Part shown: piece by piece, positions 54,501 through 64,000 of the stretch
How the letters are laid out: each line of letters begins with the position of its first letter
How positions within the stretch are numbered: position 1 is the first letter of the stretch
From: Eledone cirrhosa
Taxonomy: Eukaryota
NCBI GenBank assembly: GCA_964016885.1
Contig: OZ024745.1
Coordinates: 49,786,001-49,850,000 of the forward strand
Direction of reading: 5' to 3'
DNA length: 64,000 bases
Notes under the pieces: generated by a model
The model's database searches: none
Told to the model about the DNA's origin: nothing
The model's input: only the letters and a program-made list of their open reading frames with translations
Translations under genes and position numbers: made by a program

Positions 54501-57500
54501 ATCCTTGCCGTAAAACCTCCCTCGCGTCGCCTACGTCTATATAATGGATAGCCATCATTGCCAGTCTGAGTATCGCGAATAAATTGACGGGGAAATTTTT
54601 TCGTGCATCTTTTATTGCCTGTAACGCATGGTAAATCAGTTCTAAAGCCAGGCCCACATGGACCATGCACCATATGTGCCCTAACTTTCATGTACAAGTC
54701 CTTGTCAGTGGAAGGATCGGGTAATTCTGCAGAGATGATCCTGTCAATATCGTTGGGACTAACCTTTATTGTCAGCCAAATAAGAATATGAGCATGGGGG
54801 AGGTCCCTTTTTTGTCATTCGATTGTGTACATGTCACATTGAACTGGTCCGAAAACCTCACCTATTTTGATAAGATCCATAAGCTTAAGTAACTTAAGAC
54901 GGAATACTCTAGCCGCGAGATCATGTCGGCGTGTGGCGTTCTGACCAAGAAGGAGTTCGCCCTCAATCTCCTTCCAATTGGGCTTACAAGTAAAAGTTAT
55001 AAATAAGTCTGGCCTGCCGTAATGTCGTACAATAGTCATGGCGTCCTGAGTCCTTTCATGCATATATCGAGGGCTTCCCGTGAAGGTAGATGGCAGAATG
55101 CATACTTTTCCAAGACTCTCAGGATCCGCATCATTGTTCATTCCATCACGAAGGTGTATGTAACTGTCACAACGCAACTTTTTTTGATTGAGTTTGATAA
55201 AACACAATCTCTCAGATTCCATTTTTGCACACATGTCAGTTGCATATTGGTTGAAAAGGTCATTAGAGCGATGTCATCTCGGATCATGAATCGGAATGCA
55301 TAGAAATCCTTGCATGAAACTGTTTTGGTAGAATGAACATCTCAATTGGTAGATTTACATTGTGGAATGCCAAAATGGTATCCGTCCTCTCCATATACAA
55401 AAAGCAGCGGGTATTGGAGTGTGTCGTATGATCTGTGTGTTTCACTGATCCGTTGAAGTCCGTGATCGCGATGCTTGATAACAATGTCACGTTTGTTGTG
55501 CTGATCTCCAGTGAGAAGTATTGCAACCTCATTGAAAGAAGGTGAATTATAGCGGCCTGCATGTTCTCCAGATGGCCGCTTGTCAGCATCAATGGCGACT
55601 TATTAATTATCCACAGCAGCTGTTTCTAACGCGTATTTGAAGCTCTGAACGTAGCTGTTATGACTATGAAGCATGTCCTGAAGTTCAAAAAGGAGCTCCA
55701 GTCTAGTGTCAGAAGCAATTGAGTATTTCCTTGTTGCTTGTGGACAGTCAATTGAGTTTTGAGTTTTTCTTTTGGGAAGGCAAATGTATTTCGCCTTGTA
55801 GCTCGTTCAAGACAGCTGGGCATGAAGTAGACCTGAAGAAATTGGGGCTCTTTATTATCTACAGGCTCAAGTGATCCAATAAGATGATAAACCTGACCTT
55901 GAACTTTGAAAGTGGGCATAAATCCACCTTCACACTCATAACTCGATCCAAAGATGTCATTTGGAAGGCACAATTGTAATGTCGAATATCTTGAAGGAAA
56001 CCTCTTGAGAGTGAATGGGTGCCTGTAAGAAGAAGCCTCAATGGCTGTGGTGGATCCCTAGGAGGGTGCAAGTTGACCTTACCATTAGAGCAGCACATTC
56101 CGGCTGGTTCACTCGGCCACCTTTTGGCTTTGCAAAACTGGCAAATTTCAGACATGCCGCCGATTTGAATGAGGGTGTGTAGCATAATTATTAACGGGGA
56201 CATAATTGAAAGCCTTCAATGACCATTGTGATTTCGCAGCCCTCGAAATACCCCGCTTATTGGGTTTATACTGACCCCCCCCCCCCCCCCCCCCCCCCCC
56301 CCAGTCGAATAGTTCGGATAGCTGCTGCCTCCGCTTCTCGCGCAGCTGCAGTAGCTGCCGCGTCTCTGGTCTGACGAAGATCACGTTCAATATCATTTTC
56401 TGCAGCTCACGCAGCTGCCGTAGCGTCTCTGCTCTGACGAAGTTTTCGTTGAACATCATTCGCTGCATCTCGTGCAGCTGCTTTTGCCTTTGCATTTCTT
56501 GCAAGCCGAGTTTGACGTTCCTCGTTATTCACTGCAGCATGTAAGGATGCAGTTGAAGAAGCATTTCTGGTGTAAACACTCGTCATCATTCTCAGTTGCA
56601 TGTGAAGATACAATGGAAGCAGAATTTCTGGCCCGTCGACTCAAGCAATGTTCATCGATAGACAGAGCTGTCGCATTTCACTGAACACCCCACAATTTGA
56701 GGCTGTCTAATGTTCGACGACGCCTCAGTCAGCCTCCTTCTTTTCGTTATCTGAGACCGCGTCAGTCCTAATAAGGGCATCAAGGTGGTGAGCACGATAT
56801 GACAAAGGAATCTGACAAATGTATCTTAAATATAAAACAATGCGAAAAAATAAGTTTTGCGAATAATTCAATTTTGCAAATCAATTCGTCTAATGAGAAA
56901 TGCACCCAAAACCCAAGAAAATGTCATAGATGCATTATTTACAAAGTCATCTTTACATGAACATGCAGTGTAACCAATAATGTTGGCACTGCCGTTCTTT
57001 AATTTTGTTATAATTCAGTGATAACAGTGATTCAAAGGAAATTTAAACTTTTTAGAGAAATCAAAATTGCACATAAAGCATAACATCTATATATTAATAA
57101 AATCGGTTATGGTAATCAGGAGTTACTTGAAGCCGAACATTAAAAACATGGCAGCTTAAAAAATTGCTCCATTTCTTTTTATGTAACTTTTTATCAGATT
57201 TTGAGTGCATTTCTTAACCGATTATAATTTTACTGAAAAAAATGGATGCGAAATAGTTACGGCTACGGTAAAAAATGTCTAAGTGTGAAAATCACTTGCA
57301 TGGATACCGAGCTAAGGCTGATTAAAGAGCCAGTAAGGGTTTTTAGGTCGCTCTGTATGTCGAGCCCCAGTGCACAAAAATGGGGCATGGTGGAAATAAT
57401 CTGACTTCTTATTTGCATTGAAATTACTCAGATTGACTTTAATTTGCTGTTTTAGTTTGAGCAAAACTTTTGTGCTGGCCAAGCGTCAATAGTAATTAAC

Positions 57501-58178
57501 TGCATACCTACTTTTGCACCCCCAACCCCGGTGTATACATGAATCCTAATACAAACAATCCGTCCATATTTCCTTCAAGATAAAAGGAAATTAAAGTAAA
57601 TTTAGCCTTATAAGATCGCAAAATTAATTTAAGTAGAAGGCCTAATTGCCAACGCCATAGCAAAATGAAACCACAATTGAAAACTGAAAATAATCCAAAC
57701 GTTTAATAGGGAAGGTTTAACTTACCAAGTAATGAGGTCGCTGACTTTTTAACGCTTTGTAGCATACAAAGGTAGTACAGTTAAAATGAAGCTACTAAAC
57801 AAATCGAACCAACAATTGAAATTCAATTTGAATGGCATCTACGTGTAGCATCTACTTATTCTGACAAGAATCTAAATATCTAATCGTCTGCAAGTGGTGC
57901 GAATTTTTTTATCGTCTGCGCGTTCCATAAAAGGGAAATAACTCGTCTCTCATCTCTATTTATACATTTGTACTGAAAAATCAATACATTACAAATTCAA
58001 TTTTTACACTTGGCGTGGGTCGATTTGAAAATTTTTTTGACCGATGACTCTGCCGGACCTTCATCTATAAGTGTAGCAATTTCACCGAAATTTGAACGTA
58101 CGGTTTATGAGGAAATGTGTGCCGCAGGTTTTAGTAGACAGACAGACAGACAGACAACCTCAGTTTTATATATATAGA
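51532..58178 (-). mobile_element. Full-length Helitron with disrupted RepHel
   Basis: 5' TCTATATATATAAAAC at 58178; 3' hairpin plus CTAG|T at 51532. HUH motif (LPHAHIL), KYICKY tyrosines, PIF1 helicase motifs DAPGGTGKT, GDFRQ and NKSQGQT. Confidence 0.92.
52062..56760 (-). pseudogene. Helitron RepHel (zinc finger, Rep, PIF1 helicase) in several frameshifted pieces
   Basis: ORF pieces 52062-53999, 53872-54165, 54092-54697, 54815-55234, 55626-55973 and 55859-56203. Confidence 0.9.
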
Positions 58179-58621
58179 CTAGCAGAGGTACCCGGCGTTG
58201 CTCGGGTATTAAATAGCAGTTATGTATACCATTTATGTCAATACTTCAGTGCTGCTTCGAAAACTATACTTTTACAAAATCATCGGCTTTTTCCAAAATG
58301 GGTTCCTGCCCCCAGAGGTCCCCTACCCAATATGTGCCAATTCTTAGAGTTCACATTCATCTGTAGAACAAACGTATCCCATGTGTCAAGTTTTGTGAAA
58401 ATCGGTTGCAGAAGTTATGACGTTTTGTTGCATTGCACTGCAAATGCTTCAGTCGACTCTAAGGAAGTGGTTAAGGGGGGTTATCTGCCGGGAGGCCCTA
58501 TAATCAATATCTGGAAAAATGTAAGTGCCCATGACGCTTCGGAGTACATAAGTAACATATGTCTTAAGTTTGGTGAAAATACTGTAGAAATGCATAAAGT
58601 TTAAAGACACATTGCGCGCGC

Positions 58622-58653
<32 letters not shown>

Positions 58654-59950
58654 ATGTATTTGTGTGTGCGTATGTATGTGTATGTATTTGTGTATGCCCG
58701 TCGGCGCATACGTATGTACTGGCCTAAATCTTCACTATTTACTTTTACTATGTTAAGGCAAAGTTAAAATCCCGTCGAGGTTAACTTTGCCTTTTATCCT
58801 TGCGAGATCGATAAAATAAAGTACCAGTAATGTACTGAGTATTTGCTGGCCTTGTGCCAAAAGTAGAAACAACTATTTTAATAACCTGTCATTTTCGTTT
58901 ACAATTTTATTTACATCATTCTTAAACTCCGGGGCTGGAAATCATTCGGTTATTTTAAATAGAATATTAGTCTAACGACTCCATTTACACCATAAACTTG
59001 GTCTTGTCTTTGCATGAAATTGTTCTTCTCAGTCCACCGCGTCGTTTATACGTAACATAAATAGATAAACAAATGACGCCATAAAAGGGAAATAACTCGT
59101 CTCTCATCTCTATTTATACATTTGAACTGAAAAATCAATATATTACAAGTTTATGGTGTAAATGGAGTCAGACTAATATTCTATTTAAAATAACCGAATG
59201 ATTTCCAGCCCCAGAGTTTAAGAATAATGTAAATAAAATTGTAAACGAAAATGACAGGTTATTAAAATAGTTGTTTCTACTTTTGGCACAAGGCCAGCAA
59301 ATACTCAGTACATTACTGGTACTTTATTTTATCGACCCCGTAAGGATGAAAGGAAAAGTTAACCGCGACGGGATTTTAACTTTGCCTTAACATAGTAAAA
59401 GTAAATAGTGAAGATTTAGGCCAGTACATACGTATGCGCCGACGAACATACACATACATACGCACACACAAATACACACACACACACACACACGTGCGCT
59501 CGCGCGCAATGTGTCTGTAAATCTTATGCATTTCTACAGTATTTTCACCAAGCTTAAGACATAGGTTACTTATGTACTCCGGATGGTCATGGGCATTTTC
59601 ATTTTTCCAGATATTGATTATAGGGCCTCCTGGCAGATAACCCCCTTTAACCACTTCCTTGGAGTCGACTGAAGAACTGCAGTGCAATGCAACAAAACGT
59701 CATAACTTCTGGAGTTCGCAACCGATTTTCACAAAACTTGACACATGGGCTACGTTTGTTCTACAGATGAATGTGAACTCTCAGAATTGGCACATATTGA
59801 GTAGGGGACCCCTGGGGACAGGAACACCCTTTTGGAAAAAAGCCGATGATTTTGTAAAAGTATAGTTTTCGAAGCAGCACTGAAGTATTGACATAAATGG
59901 TATACATAACTGCTATTTAATACCCGAGCAACGCCGGGTACCTCTGCTAG
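58179..59950. mobile_element. Palindromic Helitron derivative with two outward-facing 3' ends
   Basis: Arms about 58179-58999 and 59147-59950 are reverse complements, each ending in the ACCCGAGCAACGCCGGGT hairpin plus CTAG. Confidence 0.88.
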
Positions 59951-60524
59951 TTAAAAATAAAACAAATTAAGCAACATTTGAAGACATCACTTAATGTTTA
60001 CAAAATCCACAACACAAAGTATTTTAAGGCTATTTTCTCGCTAAAGCAGGGGTTAACCTTGACATGTGGTTCTTTTTATCCTTCTGTTTTACAGACATAT
60101 GCCCTTCTTCATATCAATACTTTTGGCCCTTCTTACAACATACAAAACCACAAAATGCTCACAAAATGAAATAGAAAGAATAACTTGTAAAGAATTGTCT
60201 TTAAAAATATAGCAGATTTTATTGAAAAAGAGAAAAAAAAAATCAATTATACATTTAAAAGTTGACCTTCAAATTTTAGCTTGGCTCCAAAATTGCTGGA
60301 GAATGTTTTTTTTATCATATCTTAAATTCAGGATTGTCAATTTCTGTGAAAAGTGCACAATTAACAAATATGTACATGTAGGAAATAGAATACAATGAAA
60401 ACAAGTTATTATACATAAAAGACATTTAGATGATAAAAGATGACAATATGAAGACAATTATGATGGTTCCTCTGTCAGTTACGATGATGAGCATTCAGAT
60501 TGATGAAGTTTGAACATCTATGAT

Positions 60525-60770
60525 TGCTGTTGTTGTTACAGCCCACATCTTTGTAAGTTTAGCTTACCTCCCATGAAATTGCATTCAATAGATTTCTTGG
60601 ATGTTTCAATGATAGGGGCTCCAGTCCTATCATGTTGTTGTTGCTACAGTTCACACCTATGTAGGTTTAGCAGGCCTCCTACGAGGTTGTATCTCATAGG
60701 AGAATTCTTGGGTATTTTCTTGATAGGGGTCTCTGTCTTATCATGTTGTCATAGCTCACCTGTGAAGGTT
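60525..60770. repeat. Degenerate tandem repeat of about 105-110 bp (about 2.3 units)
   Basis: TGTTGT..ACAG..CAC..TGTA..TTCTTGG..TGATAGGGG..TATCA recurs. Confidence 0.6.
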
Positions 60771-61334
60771 TTGCTGACCTTATGATGTTGCATTTCACAG
60801 GAGGTCTATGTTGTATTATTTTATAAATGGATGAGTATTCCATAAACGTGTGTAACCCTTAATGTAATTCACAAGCCAAACCACCATGATAGAATATATG
60901 AAAAGGCTAGACCCTTGAATTACAGGAACAGTCTATCTGATGAGTTTCCAAACAGTTTCTGTTTACACAATTTCACTCACATATGCCATGCAGTGGATTG
61001 AATCTTAACCATTCAGCCATGCCTGAATAATAGATGACAATAATTAGAAGACAAATAAATGGCAAAAATTGAATAACAAATAGATGACACTAATCAGATG
61101 ATAAATAGATGATGAATGACAAAAATCAACAACTTAAAAAGTGCATTTTCAAACAATATAAAATTTATTTTAAAAGAATTCTGTAAATAAATATAAGACC
61201 GAAAAATGTAGCTAAAGAATGGGTTGGGACAATATATTATATATATATATATATATTTAAATATGTACACCTAGGGTTTGTTACTAATACACTTCTACAC
61301 TGCTATTTCTATTAACTCCCAACTTTGTTCCTGT

Positions 61335-61554
61335 TTAATCCTTTTGATACAAAACTGAAATTGCTCCTAATTCAAAATATAAAACTCTTTGTTTTAAAGT
61401 GTCTATGTTTATCTAAAAAGCTCCTATCATAATTTTATTTAAGAACCTTTGTTATGTTCCAAACACCAACTTACTAACAAAGTCTTTATTTTCTAGATTT
61501 CTTGAAAACTGTTGGCAGTCTCTTTCCTTAGAATTGTGGTAATGAAAAGGTTAA
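61335..61554 (+). mobile_element. Degenerate piggyBac-like (TTAA) MITE
   Basis: TTAATCCTTTTGATAC...AATGAAAAGGTTAA; similar to 40370-40440 plus 40650-40760 and about 63650-63730. Confidence 0.5.
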
Positions 61555-62504
61555 TGTGCTAATATTACAAAAAAAAAACAAGCATCTCAAGCTAGATGAT
61601 ATGTTTGTGTGTTGTAATTTCTACTTTTAGAAGTAAGTTGACCATGGAAACAAATTATAAACCTGAACTATGATAATATTAATGAAAAATAAGGTCCAGA
61701 AAGTAGGTTTCATCAGTTATTGCCCTTAAATACTTTATTATCCGAAGTTATTTCCCTTTGTAAACAAGCCTCGCAAGTGCTGGAGAAAGTGGATGTATTG
61801 AAAAAATGCAAACACTCACACATACACTCAATATATATATAGGACGAAAGAAAGAAAAAAAACAGCATCAACAACGAAAAAAACAAAGCATATTACCGGG
61901 CAACTTACTTTTTCGTCACCATCTTACAGTCCACTTTGCATTGTTTAGCCTTATATCACTTTCCACATTATATATCATATACAATGTTTCAAGCAAATTA
62001 CAACATTTTATTAATATATATATAAGATGTATATTATATATGCATGAAACATGTAGATATAATATTAAGTATGTATCAGATGTTATTTGCATATAACTAT
62101 GTTCCTAGTATGATAGATCTTTGAATAGAGATGAAGAAGATTTTAATGGCTACTGTCACTATAATACCAGGGTTGTTTGTGAAAAGGATACGAGGACTTT
62201 AAACAGTTTATGTTATATGGACGAATAAATGTGTCATTATTTTATGTGCCACAAATTATCGTAGGTAATATAAATAATCCCTCCTAACACTTTTAACATA
62301 AAGACAATTTATATAATAAACATGATTTATAAAAGAAAAAAATCAATAGAAATTAACCAGGGTAAAAAGAAAAGGGAGGAGAACAATAGGAGGCATGCAT
62401 ACTCAATTACACTCTAGACCAGGGAATGTAGGTGTTTCCCTCTAAATATATTTGAGGCAAGCCAAGACACTCACAATATTATTGCAAGTGATGACAAGGC
62501 TAAG

Positions 62505-62710
62505 GCGTTGGAATAGCCAAAAACATTTATCAGGAACATCAACTAATACTTCAGTAAGACTAGATGATAATGAGGCTGGAATAGCACCAGGACCACCGCA
62601 TGATACTTCAGAAAAGCTGGATGATAGCAGGGATAAGGCACTGGAATAGCCAAGCACCTTTACCAGGACCACCACCTGATACTTCAGAAAAGCTGCATGA
62701 TAGCATAGGG
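62505..62710. repeat. Tandem repeat of about 65-70 bp (3 units)
   Basis: TGGAATAGC..CAGGA..AC..ATACTTCAG..A..ATGATA recurs. Confidence 0.7.
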
Positions 62711-62805
62711 CCCCTGGCTGAAAAATTCACCTGGGCCTTTGTATATTATTTAAGGTATCAAATAAATTGGTTTGTACTTTTTGATTACCTTAACCTACTG
62801 CTGAC

Positions 62806-63025
62806 TATAGTACAGTACAGTATAGTATAATACAGTACAACAGAGTACAGAATAGTACGGTACAATACAGTACAGCATAGTATAATACAGTATAGTAGAG
62901 TACAGTACAATAGAGTACAGAATAGTACAGTATAGTACAGTACAATACAGTACAGAATATTACAGTATAGTACAATACAGTAAAGTAAAATGCAGTACAG
63001 TAGAGTACAATACAATACAATACAC
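62806..63025. repeat. (TACAG/TATAG)n pentanucleotide satellite
   Basis: Direct inspection. Confidence 0.9.
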
Positions 63026-64000
63026 TACATCATATTATAATACACCACAGCCAAGTTCAGATTAAGCTTGCATGGTGCCCTTCACTGAAAATTTCATCAG
63101 GGCTTTTGAATATCATTTATTTCAGAAGAAAAACAAAATTAAGAGTCCTTTAAATAGTGTGAAGTATCTGGCTATAGCCCAGTTAATGCTCCTGCTCCCT
63201 TAATCTGCCATTAGAGGGTCATTGGAAGGCAAGGAGTAATGAGGAAGGAAAGGAGCAAAGAATATAAATTAGTAGATGCATCTAAAACTGTCAGCCTTAG
63301 CTATTCAATCAATGTTCAAATAAAACAAAATAATTATTAATATTTAATTTTCAATGTATGATTTTCATATAAAATATATTGGATGAGAAGGTGGTTGGTT
63401 ATGTGGGATATTGATAAAATATATTCTCCAAAGTGTGCGTGTGTGTGTGTGTGCATTTGGGGTGGTGTTGTCCAAAATAAATTTGGAAAAATTCTGATCT
63501 AGAGGAAAAATCTCAAGAAAAAACCCCATCATAGAGTTATTCAGACAACCCACCAACATATACTAATGGTGGTAACTACTAAAATTTTGTTCCATATTCC
63601 AACAAAGGTTATGAAAATTTTCTATCCATGGTCCCTGATTCCTGATGGAATTATAAGGTGAGCACAGATTTGAAATGATGATGATAAGCACTTTAAAACA
63701 AGAAGTTCTGTAGGTTGGTATCAAAAGAGTTTCACATCAATTTCAAAGTGAATGATAGTTATCCACAAAAGGGTTCCTCAAAAACTAACAACTTTCCAAT
63801 ATATTGGTATCTCAAAAAATATATAAGCTCATGCTGGTTGTTTATTGCAAGACTCCAAGAAATTTGATTTCTAGATGTAAAACGCATTACTTACAATCAC
63901 AATATAACAAGCACATGCTAAATCATGAGGGCCTTTTTGAAGTAATGTTTTATAGCCGGATACCCTTCAGTGGTGCTAACCCCTTCAGTGCCAACCCTTT

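Noticed and set aside
63076-63104. Minus-strand hairpin with CTGATGA as a C/D snoRNA, SECIS or hammerhead
   Set aside because: No proper D box, SECIS geometry or GAAA/stem III.

Overview
AT-rich, microsatellite-laden eukaryotic DNA, most likely a coleoid cephalopod (Octopus-like; inferred from the SINE cores and repeat landscape, not verified). Most of the window is transposable elements: three Naiad-like and several GLYRDD-type Penelope-like retroelements with minimal hammerhead ribozyme motifs; RTE, R4/Dong, Tx1 and CR1 LINEs; an atypical LTR retrotransposon; a full-length but disabled Helitron plus fold-back Helitron derivatives; Chapaev3, hATm and hAT/piggyBac-type DNA elements; and many SINEs. 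One host gene, missed by the ORF track, is visible: two phase-compatible spliced exons (28203-28426 and 29571-29791) encoding the B chain, C peptide and A chain of a dILP7/relaxin-type insulin-like peptide with 8 cysteines. Its signal-peptide exon was not found. Most ORF-track entries are microsatellite or antisense artefacts. There is one 200-N gap. All calls come from reading the sequence by eye; boundaries of decayed elements are approximate.
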